Shown here: one piece after another, positions 35,522 to 43,743 of the stretch
How the letters are laid out: each line of letters starts with the position of its first letter
Position numbering within the stretch: position 1 is the stretch's first letter
IMG/VR virus record: IMGVR_UViG_3300032294_002797
Span: 1 to 64,000 of that record
Strand: one strand, 5' to 3'
Length of the DNA stretch: 64,000 nt
The notes under the pieces: model-generated
Seen by the model: only the letters and a program-made list of their open reading frames with translations
Databases searched by the model: none
What the model was told of the DNA's origin: nothing
Translations under genes and position numbers: made by a program

Positions 35522-35532
35522 AAAAAAGTTGT

Positions 35533-35614
35533 TGTAAGTGCTTGTGGCATAAGGAGTTACATCAAATTTTTGGGGGCAAATATACCCTAAGTCCTTATAC
35601 CACAATAGGTTAGG
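35533..35614. repeat. 82-bp element copy 17
   Basis: 29+24+29; rightmost copy, no adjacent gene end. Confidence 0.9.
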
Positions 35615-35811
35615 GGGTTTTTTCGTTTATGTTACCCATTTCCCCCAAACTTCGAAAATCGCCCGGTGGTACAAACATAATAAGGACACAATAAAGTAAA
35701 TGTATCACCTAAACCACCCCTATAGACCCACTTTAATGATAAACTTAAATAATTTATGGGTTGTTGCTAGTAACCAGAGTAGCTTTTATTGTCTAAAAAT
35801 ACAGTTAATAT

Positions 35812-35842
35812 ACAACAAAAGGCGAGTTTCCCCGCCTTTGCT
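35812..35842 (-). terminator. intrinsic terminator
   Basis: AAAGGCGGGGAAACTCGCCTTTTGTT hairpin after the 35873 gene. Confidence 0.7.
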
Positions 35843-35872
35843 GCAACACACATTAGTATTTAAATTAAATTA

Positions 35873-36091
35873 TCAAACTGTAGTAGAAGACTTAGTAGTA
35901 TTAATCTTTTTTGGTCTTCCCCTATTCTTTTTCAGAGCCAACTTACGACGCTGTCTACGAATCATAGATGTGCTGATATTTTGCCCTGTCATTTCTGTTA
36001 ACTTGGCCGCTAGTCCGTCATCAGATAATGCAGCATGATTATTCTGAATGTAATCTAATTCACTACTAGACCATTTTTTATAATTAGCCAT
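35873..36091 (-). CDS. small HTH DNA-binding protein with AT-hook-like motif
   Basis: WSSSELDYIQNN...LAAKL...STSMIRRQRRKL; RGRPKK. Confidence 0.75.
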   Translation of the reverse strand: MANYKKWSSSELDYIQNNHAALSDDGLAAKLTEMTGQNISTSMIRRQRRKLALKKNRGRPKKINTTKSSTTV

Positions 36092-36174
36092 TTTTTATTT
36101 CCTTTGTAAAGTTGACAAATTGCCACAACAACCTATTATAATAGGTATTGACCTATTTTGCGCAAGGTAAAATT

Positions 36175-36360
36175 ATGAGTAATTCCAAAAAAATCACCAA
36201 TGTTGCTTCTGTGCTGTGTACTAAAGCTTCAGGATGTATCGAAAATATAGCGGATGATCTTAACCAACCAGATGGAAAGTGTATAGCAGAGCTTATAAAT
36301 GACCAAGAAAAATCTCAAGCCCAAGAAATGCCCATCAACACTTCCGAACAATGTAAATGA
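36175..36360 (+). CDS. hypothetical protein
   Basis: First rightward ORF, after TTGACA-17-TATTAT at about 36112-36140. Confidence 0.5.
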   Translation: MSNSKKITNVASVLCTKASGCIENIADDLNQPDGKCIAELINDQEKSQAQEMPINTSEQCK

Positions 36361-36955
36361 GCAAGAATTTTTGACAGTATTGGATAATATTAGTAAAAGA
36401 TTGGCCTATAAATTCCAGTTCGGCTATCATAGTTTTGAGGATATGAAACAGCAGGCAGCCATATTTGCTCTAGAAGGCCTGGAAAAATATGACAAAAAAC
36501 GCCCCTTAGAAAACTTCTTATGGACCCACGTAAGAAATAGGCTATTTAACTATAAACGAGATAATTATCAAAGACCCGATAAACCCTGTATTAGTTGTAG
36601 ATTTTTTGATAAACATTGTAAGAACTCTACTAATCAGTGTTTAGAATATACAAATAAAGATGACTGCGAAGAATATGCAGCATGGAATAATAGAAACTCT
36701 AGAAAAAAGAACATAATGAAACCGGTAGGAATAGACGATCTGTCTGAAAGTCTCACCAGTGGAAATGCCAAACATTCAATATTAGATATTGTAGCTAATG
36801 AACAAATAATCACCCTGTTAGACAAACATATTCCTGCACAATACAGAGAAACATACTTGAGATTGAAGCATGGAGATAAAGTCTATAAGTCAGATCTCGT
36901 TAAATTAACCAAAGTTATTAAAAATATTTTATCTGAAAATAATTATGACATCTAA
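36299..36955 (+). CDS. phage RNA polymerase sigma-factor-like protein
   Basis: Sigma region 2 pattern (EDMKQ...LEKYD...FLWTHVRNRLFNYKR), Cys-rich insert, degenerate region 4. Confidence 0.75.
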   Translation: MTKKNLKPKKCPSTLPNNVNEQEFLTVLDNISKRLAYKFQFGYHSFEDMKQQAAIFALEGLEKYDKKRPLENFLWTHVRNRLFNYKRDNYQRPDKPCISCRFFDKHCKNSTNQCLEYTNKDDCEEYAAWNNRNSRKKNIMKPVGIDDLSESLTSGNAKHSILDIVANEQIITLLDKHIPAQYRETYLRLKHGDKVYKSDLVKLTKVIKNILSENNYDI

Positions 36956-37781
36956 TTCTAAAATACCTAAAAAAAGAGGACAATTAAGTTTAGATGAAGA
37001 AAAATATATTAGAGATAATATTACAACATTAAGTATTGATGAAATTGCTCAACATTTAAATCGAAGCTCAACTCCTATCGAGAGATACATTAGAGAATCT
37101 AAAATCAATTTATCGTCTCACGAAGAACAAATTAATGATCGAATACTTAGACAAAAACTATATACAAAAACATTTTGGCCAGAAATAGAAAAACAATTTG
37201 ATAAAGATAGCGGAGAATTAGCATATTTTGAAAATACATGGATAGGACTCATCAAACAATTTAGAGAAGACGTTTTAGCAGCAGAAGAATTACAAATTAA
37301 ACAGTTTATTACAATAGATATTCTCATCAATCGCAGTATGAAAGAAAGAAAGCGACACATAGCTGACACTGAAAAGCTTCAGGTACAAGTCGATAAAGAA
37401 TATACTAAACCAGAGGACCAAAGAGATATTGCTAAATTGTCTAATTTAGAAACACAACTAAGTTTCGCTAGAAATAGTATTGCTAATTATACTAATGAAT
37501 ATACTAAACTATTAAATGAACAACAAAAGATAAGCAAAGATTTAAAAGCTACGCGAGAACAGCGCATAAAACGCATAGAAGATGGTAAAAGCTCTTGGAT
37601 AGGCTTAATACGAATGTTAGAAGATGAAAATATTAGAGAAAAAGAAGGAAGACAAATGGAAATTATGGCTATGGCGGTAGAAAAAAGTAAAAATAAACTA
37701 GCTGAATACCACGAATATGCAGATCAAATAGTAGACAGCCCATTACTCACACCAGAAATCATTTTAGACAGAGGAGAATAG
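36945..37781 (+). CDS. HTH plus coiled-coil protein (possible terminase small subunit)
   Basis: N-terminal HTH (SIDEIAQHLNRS), long coiled coil, lies upstream of terL. Confidence 0.55.
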   Translation: MTSNSKIPKKRGQLSLDEEKYIRDNITTLSIDEIAQHLNRSSTPIERYIRESKINLSSHEEQINDRILRQKLYTKTFWPEIEKQFDKDSGELAYFENTWIGLIKQFREDVLAAEELQIKQFITIDILINRSMKERKRHIADTEKLQVQVDKEYTKPEDQRDIAKLSNLETQLSFARNSIANYTNEYTKLLNEQQKISKDLKATREQRIKRIEDGKSSWIGLIRMLEDENIREKEGRQMEIMAMAVEKSKNKLAEYHEYADQIVDSPLLTPEIILDRGE

Positions 37782-37786
37782 TACAG

Positions 37787-38761
37787 ATGAAAACAGCTAT
37801 TATTACAGGAATAACAGGTCAGGATGGATCATATTTAGCTGAACTACTACTAGACAAGGAATATAAAGTAATAGGATGTTATCGTAGATCTAGTATTAAT
37901 AGTTTTGAAAGAATTAAGCACATAATAAAAGCCCCCAATTTAATTTTAGAAGAATTTGACCTCACAGACTCATCATGTTCTCATACATTAATTAATAAAT
38001 ATAGTCCTGATGAGATATACAATCTTGCAGCACAAAGCCATGTAGGAACCAGCTTCAAGCAACCATCTACCACTTTCGAGATAGATACTATAGGAGTTGT
38101 ACACTGGCTAGAAGCCATACGAAGTCATGGCTCAGCCATAAAGTTTTATCAGGCTAGTACTAGCGAAATGTTTGGTCGTAATTTTAGCATATCTAATGAT
38201 GGGAAAAAATATCAAGATGAAAATACCGAATTAATACCTCAGAGCCCATACGGAGTAGCCAAAGTAGCAAGTCACAGAATGTTGCAGATTTATCGTGAAG
38301 CATATGGTATTTTTGCTTGTTCTGGAATATTGTTTAATCACGAAAGTCCACGACGCGGGGACAATTTTGTTACTCGTAAAATCACAAAATATATAGGAGA
38401 CTTAGTGAAAGGTAAAACCAATGATACCTTAAAATTAGGCAATTTAAATGCTAGTAGAGATTGGGGACATGCTAAAGACTATGTATATGCTATGCATCTT
38501 ATGTTGCAACATAAAGTAGCTGATGACTATGTTATTTGCACCGGCTCTACATATACTGTGTTAGACTTTTTAAAGAAAGCCTTTGAAATAGTCAATCTTG
38601 ATTATAAGAAGTATGTAGATATTGATCCTTCATTATATAGACCAGCAGAGGTTCAGTATCTTAGGGGAGTCAATACTAAAGCACAACAGCAATTAGGCTG
38701 GAAACCATCTACAACTTTTGATGATTTGGTAAAAGAAATGGTTTTACACGATACTAATTAG
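37787..38761 (+). CDS. gmd: GDP-mannose 4,6-dehydratase
   Basis: ITGITGQDGSYLAELLL, NLAAQSHV, YQASTSEMFG, SPYGVAK, FNHESPRRG, RDWGHAKDYV. Confidence 0.97.
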   Translation: MKTAIITGITGQDGSYLAELLLDKEYKVIGCYRRSSINSFERIKHIIKAPNLILEEFDLTDSSCSHTLINKYSPDEIYNLAAQSHVGTSFKQPSTTFEIDTIGVVHWLEAIRSHGSAIKFYQASTSEMFGRNFSISNDGKKYQDENTELIPQSPYGVAKVASHRMLQIYREAYGIFACSGILFNHESPRRGDNFVTRKITKYIGDLVKGKTNDTLKLGNLNASRDWGHAKDYVYAMHLMLQHKVADDYVICTGSTYTVLDFLKKAFEIVNLDYKKYVDIDPSLYRPAEVQYLRGVNTKAQQQLGWKPSTTFDDLVKEMVLHDTN

Positions 38762-38763
38762 CT

Positions 38764-39033
38764 ATGTTTAGAAATTTTAAAGATCCTGCCTATAAAAAAT
38801 GGAGAGAACAAGTATATCAAAGAGATAAGTATAAATGCAGATGGCCTAATTGTAATATGAAAAAAAAATTAAACGCCCATCACATCAAAACTTGGTCAAA
38901 TTATCCCGGTTTGAGATTTAACACAGAAAATGGTATTACATTGTGTAAATATCATCATGATTTAATTAAGGGTATGGAAGAAATATATGCTGCAACTTTT
39001 TTAAGAATTTTAGCTAATGATAGACTTCAGTAA
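38764..39033 (+). CDS. small HNH endonuclease (packaging-associated type)
   Basis: RDKYKCRWPNC...AHHIK...NGITLCKYHH near the terminase. Confidence 0.85.
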   Translation: MFRNFKDPAYKKWREQVYQRDKYKCRWPNCNMKKKLNAHHIKTWSNYPGLRFNTENGITLCKYHHDLIKGMEEIYAATFLRILANDRLQ

Positions 39034-39496
39034 TTTTCATATAATTATAGATACCAGAGAACAACATCCATGGTCTTTCGATCACATGGAAAAAAGTATA
39101 TCTAAATTAGATACTGGGGATTATTCCTTAAAAGGATTAGAACATATTTTTTGTATAGAGCGTAAAGGTAGTGTAAGTGAATTTGCTAATAATATTACAG
39201 AAAAAAGATTTAAAGATGTTATTGAAAGAATGAATAAAATACCTAATTCTTTCTTACTATGTGAATTTGATCTAGAAGATGTTTTAATATATCCTGTGGG
39301 ATCTAATGTTCCTAAACGCATGTGGGATAAGTTAAAAATATCGCCTAAATTTATTTTGAAACACATGATAGAATTACAAATAATATATAATATTAAACTG
39401 GTATTTTGTGGTAATGCATCTAATGCCGAAAAGATGGCTATCAGTATCATGAGAAAAATTTATGAATATCACGGACAGCCAAAAACAGATCTTTGA
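39017..39496 (+). CDS. ERCC4/XPF-domain nuclease
   Basis: IIIDTREQ, LDTGDYS and IERKGSVSE motifs. Confidence 0.85.
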   Translation: MIDFSNFHIIIDTREQHPWSFDHMEKSISKLDTGDYSLKGLEHIFCIERKGSVSEFANNITEKRFKDVIERMNKIPNSFLLCEFDLEDVLIYPVGSNVPKRMWDKLKISPKFILKHMIELQIIYNIKLVFCGNASNAEKMAISIMRKIYEYHGQPKTDL

Positions 39497-41495
39497 CGAT
39501 GCTTGGCTAGACCTAGGAGATCTTAATTCTCTTAGTATAGCAAGCAATCCAATGATTGGTAGATCAGAACAGGATATAGAAAATCCAGATTTACATCTTA
39601 TAAAGTTATTAAAAAGTCCTAGATACATAGCAACAACATGTAAATTACTATTTAATATAGAATTGCATCCTATGCAAGTAGTAATTCTACAAGAATTTTG
39701 GGAAAGACCATTTCCTATGTATATCGCTAGTCGTGGTTGGGGTAAATCTTTTCTTTTAGCTTTATATTCTATATTACGATGTATTTTTAATCCTGGTACT
39801 AAAATTGTAATAGTTGGCGCAGCTTTTAGGCAGAGTAAAATTATTTTTGAGTATATGGAAACTATCTGGAGAGGCAGTCCTATTCTGAGAAGTATTTTTA
39901 ATGGTAATGATGATGGTCCTCGTCGAGATGTTGATAGATGTACTATTAGATTAGGAGATAGTTGGACCATAGCTGTTCCTATGGGAGATGGTAGCAAAAT
40001 CAGAGGTTTAAGAGCTCATATTATTATTGCGGACGAGTTTGCATCTATATCTCCGGATATTTATGAAACAGTAGTCGCTGGTTTCGCAGCAGTTTCAGCT
40101 AGTCCTATCCAGAATGTTAAAGAACAAGCCAAAAAAAGAGCCATGATCGAAGCAGGAGTATGGAATGAAGAACTAGAACAGCTAAGTCAAAAAATGGGTA
40201 ATCAGGCTATTATATCAGGAACAGCAGACTATTCATTCAAACATTTTGCTAATTATTGGAAACGATATAAAACTATTATAGAAAGCAAAGGAGATAATAA
40301 AAAATTAGAAGAAATTTTTAATGGTGAAGTACCAGAAAATTTTAATTGGAAAGACTATAGTATTATTAGAATACCATATGAACTCATACCTAAAGGCTTC
40401 ATGGATGACAAACAGGTTGCTAGAGCAAAAGCCACCATTCATACTGGCATATATAATATGGAATATGCAGCATGCTTTACGGCTGACAGCGATGGGTTTT
40501 TTAAGAGAAGTTTAATCGAAAGTTGTGTCACTAGCGATACACGACCCATTATATTAAATAACCAGATCATTGTCTTTGATTCTGTTACTACTGGCAATAA
40601 TTTTAGTAAATATATCTATGGTATCGACCCAGCCTCTGAAAGAGATAATTTTAGTATTGTAGTCTTAGAACTACATCCTGATCATGCTAGAATTGTTTAT
40701 TGTTGGACTACTAATAGAACTAATTTTAAAGAGCGTCAAAAAACTGGTTTAATTAATGAATATGATTTTTATAGTTTTTGCGCTCGTAAAATCCGAAACT
40801 TAATGAAAGTATTTCCTCCTTTGAAAATAGGAATGGATGCTCAGGGTGGTGGTATAGCTATCGAAGAGTCGCTGCATGATCCGTCAAAATTAGAAAATGG
40901 AGAAATATTGATATGGCCTACTATCAATAGAGACAAGCCTAAGGATACAGATGATCAGCCAGGACATCATATATTAGAGCTGGTACAATTTGCTAAAGCA
41001 GACTGGACTAGTCAAGCTAATCATGGCTTACGAAAAGATTTAGAAGATAAAGTATTATTATTTCCTAGATTTGATCCTCTTACATTGGGCTTAGCTTTAG
41101 ATCAAGAGGGCAAAAATATTCTAGACACCGATCTTAATCCTTTATATGATAGCTTAAGTGAGTGCATATTGGAAATAGAAGAATTAAAGAATGAACTTAC
41201 CACTATTGTAATGACACAAACAAGTACAGGATCTGGAGGTCGTGATCGTTGGGATACTCCAGAGGTTAAATTACAAAATGGAAAAAAGGGTAGACTACGT
41301 AAAGACAGATATAGCGCACTATTAATAGCTAATATGATAGCTAGACAATTAAAGACATATTTGGTAGCACCATCTTATGATGTTATTGGAGGAAATAGAA
41401 CGGAAATAGTGAAACAAGATGGTCAATTATACAAAGGCCCTGAATGGTTTACTTCTGGAGCTAATGAAGACCTATATAATGGCATATATCGATAA
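39462..41495 (+). CDS. terL: terminase large subunit
   Basis: LHPMQ Q-motif, Walker A SRGWGKS, IRGLR, Walker B IIIADEF, nuclease GIDPA...KDRYSA. Confidence 0.9.
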   Translation: MNITDSQKQIFDDAWLDLGDLNSLSIASNPMIGRSEQDIENPDLHLIKLLKSPRYIATTCKLLFNIELHPMQVVILQEFWERPFPMYIASRGWGKSFLLALYSILRCIFNPGTKIVIVGAAFRQSKIIFEYMETIWRGSPILRSIFNGNDDGPRRDVDRCTIRLGDSWTIAVPMGDGSKIRGLRAHIIIADEFASISPDIYETVVAGFAAVSASPIQNVKEQAKKRAMIEAGVWNEELEQLSQKMGNQAIISGTADYSFKHFANYWKRYKTIIESKGDNKKLEEIFNGEVPENFNWKDYSIIRIPYELIPKGFMDDKQVARAKATIHTGIYNMEYAACFTADSDGFFKRSLIESCVTSDTRPIILNNQIIVFDSVTTGNNFSKYIYGIDPASERDNFSIVVLELHPDHARIVYCWTTNRTNFKERQKTGLINEYDFYSFCARKIRNLMKVFPPLKIGMDAQGGGIAIEESLHDPSKLENGEILIWPTINRDKPKDTDDQPGHHILELVQFAKADWTSQANHGLRKDLEDKVLLFPRFDPLTLGLALDQEGKNILDTDLNPLYDSLSECILEIEELKNELTTIVMTQTSTGSGGRDRWDTPEVKLQNGKKGRLRKDRYSALLIANMIARQLKTYLVAPSYDVIGGNRTEIVKQDGQLYKGPEWFTSGANEDLYNGIYR

Positions 41496-41550
41496 TTAGT
41501 GTATGAATAGATAATTCAATTACAATACTATTACATTTAGAATATAAATT

Positions 41551-43737
41551 ATGGCCAATAAAAAGTATCCAAAAAGTTCAGCTATAGACGATCAATCTAT
41601 TATCGGCCAAGAAGCATATGTTACATGGGGAGATGATTTATCGTCAAAAAGAGAAGCTCTAAATAAATCTTCTGAATCTATGTCAGAATATACACTTATA
41701 GAGCATCAACATGCTAATGCTAATAGACGATATGGGTTAAATTATTCCAATCTAGATGGTAGCACCGGCGGCCGCCCAGGCTTAACCAGATCTGACTATG
41801 ATTTTTTTCGTCCAGACGAAGCAGTACCCAAACACATCAAAGGTATTATCAAAAGAGCAGAAGATATTTATCAGAGAGTAGGACTAGTTAAAAATGTCAT
41901 AGATCTTATGGGTGATTTTGGTTCTCAAGGAATTCGATTAGTACATAAAAACAAAAGAATAGAAAGATTCTATAGAAGTTGGTTTAAAAAAATAAAAGGA
42001 AAAGAACGTAGCGAAAGATTTCTTAATAATCTGTATAAAACAGGTAATATAGTAATTAATAGACAAACAGGTAAATTAAGCTTAAAAGTTTCTGATAATT
42101 TATATAGAGCAGTAGGCTCTCCTGATTTAACTGTAGACGACTTGGATTCTATTAAACTAGAAAAAAGAGAGATACCGTGGAAATATACTTTTATAGACCC
42201 ATTCTATGTTGATGTGTCTGCTGGTGCTCTAGCATCTTTTAGTTCGCTTAAAACTTATGAACTATCTTTGCCAGCTAATCTTAGAAGAACTATTAATAGT
42301 CCTAAAAGCACTCAAGAGCAAGAAATTGTAAATAATTTACCATCACAAATTCTGGAAGCAGCTAAAAGTAAAAAGCCGTTTCCTTTGTCCGCAGACAAAA
42401 CACTTGTTTTTCACTACAAAAAAGACGATTGGCAACCTTGGGCTTATCCCATGGTATACTCTATCATGGATGATATTACAGTTATCGAAAAATTAAAATT
42501 AGCTGATATGGCAGCGCTCGACGGAGCAATATCAAATATCCGTATTTTTAAATTAGGTAGTTTAGAGCATAAAATAGCTCCTACCAAAGCAGCAGCTGGT
42601 AAATTAGCTCAGATTCTAGGAAATAATGTTGGTGGAGGCACAATGGACTTAGTTTGGGGGCCTGATATAGAGTTGTTAGAATCCAATACTAATGTTCATC
42701 AATTTTTAGGCGAAGCTAAATATATACCACATCTTAATAGTGTCTATGCTGGTCTTGGCATTCCTCCCACCCTAACAGGTACTTTTGGGGCAGCAGGAAC
42801 AACCAATAATTTTATTAGTCTAAAGACACTAACTCAAAGATTACAGTATGGAAGAGATTTATTGACAGAATTTTGGGATAAAGAAATTGCATTAGTACAA
42901 AAGGCTATGGGTTTTAAATATCCTGCAAAGATAGAATTTGATAGAATGGATCTTAGTAACGAAGATTCTGAAAAAGCATTATTAATTCAATTGGCTGATC
43001 GTAATCTTATTAGTGACGAACTCTTACAAACTCGTTTTGGTTTTGATCCAGATATAGAAAAATCTCGTCTCAATAGAGAACATAGAGATCGAAAGGGTTC
43101 AAGAATGATAAATAAATCTGGTCCGTGGCATGATCCTCAGCCAGACAATAGTTTGAAAAAAATAGCTTTACAAACAGGTATAGTTACGCCGAGCCAGGTG
43201 GGTTTGCAACTCGATACTAAAAAAAATGGAGAGAAGAATTCTCTAGAACTCAGACAAGCTTTTAAACCAACCCAGTTGGTCAAAGATTCGCCAGAATCTT
43301 TGCCAGGCGAACCACAGCAAGGCCGACCCCCATCATCTAAAGATTCCAGTAAAAGATCTCCCAAAAAATTTGCCCCACAAACCGGAGCTAAATTAATCTT
43401 ATGGTGCGCCCAAGCTCAAGAACAAATCAATAAAATTGTAAATCCTATCATGCTAGAGTTTTTCAACAAAAAAAATCTACGTAGTTTATCCAATCAAGAG
43501 ATCGAAGAACTAGAAAAGCTTAAAAGCTCCATATTCTTTAACTTGGATCCTTTCTGCACCATATCCCAAGAAAAAATCTTAAATACTATTAATTCTCCGT
43601 TAAATAACACAATTATTAATGAATATAGTGTATGGTTAAAGCAGTTGTCTTTATCTATTGGTAAAGAAATTAGTACTGATGAAATTAAACACGCTAAAAC
43701 CTCATTTTATCATTTTTTATACAGTGATAAGGTTTAA
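41551..43737 (+). CDS. portal protein
   Basis: Size and position between terL and protease; portal-like helical content. Confidence 0.75.
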   Translation: MANKKYPKSSAIDDQSIIGQEAYVTWGDDLSSKREALNKSSESMSEYTLIEHQHANANRRYGLNYSNLDGSTGGRPGLTRSDYDFFRPDEAVPKHIKGIIKRAEDIYQRVGLVKNVIDLMGDFGSQGIRLVHKNKRIERFYRSWFKKIKGKERSERFLNNLYKTGNIVINRQTGKLSLKVSDNLYRAVGSPDLTVDDLDSIKLEKREIPWKYTFIDPFYVDVSAGALASFSSLKTYELSLPANLRRTINSPKSTQEQEIVNNLPSQILEAAKSKKPFPLSADKTLVFHYKKDDWQPWAYPMVYSIMDDITVIEKLKLADMAALDGAISNIRIFKLGSLEHKIAPTKAAAGKLAQILGNNVGGGTMDLVWGPDIELLESNTNVHQFLGEAKYIPHLNSVYAGLGIPPTLTGTFGAAGTTNNFISLKTLTQRLQYGRDLLTEFWDKEIALVQKAMGFKYPAKIEFDRMDLSNEDSEKALLIQLADRNLISDELLQTRFGFDPDIEKSRLNREHRDRKGSRMINKSGPWHDPQPDNSLKKIALQTGIVTPSQVGLQLDTKKNGEKNSLELRQAFKPTQLVKDSPESLPGEPQQGRPPSSKDSSKRSPKKFAPQTGAKLILWCAQAQEQINKIVNPIMLEFFNKKNLRSLSNQEIEELEKLKSSIFFNLDPFCTISQEKILNTINSPLNNTIINEYSVWLKQLSLSIGKEISTDEIKHAKTSFYHFLYSDKV

Positions 43738-43743
43738 TATTAT

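Noticed and set aside
16885-35614. 82-bp elements as a CRISPR or TIGR array
   Set aside because: Copies are dispersed, degenerate and separated by whole genes; no cas or Nop-domain gene is visible
16885-35614. 82-bp elements as integron attC sites or terminators
   Set aside because: No consistent whole-element hairpin (the two 7-bp centres are near-complementary only in copies 4 and 17), core spacing differs from attC, there is no integrase in the window, and the arms contain non-compensated mismatches
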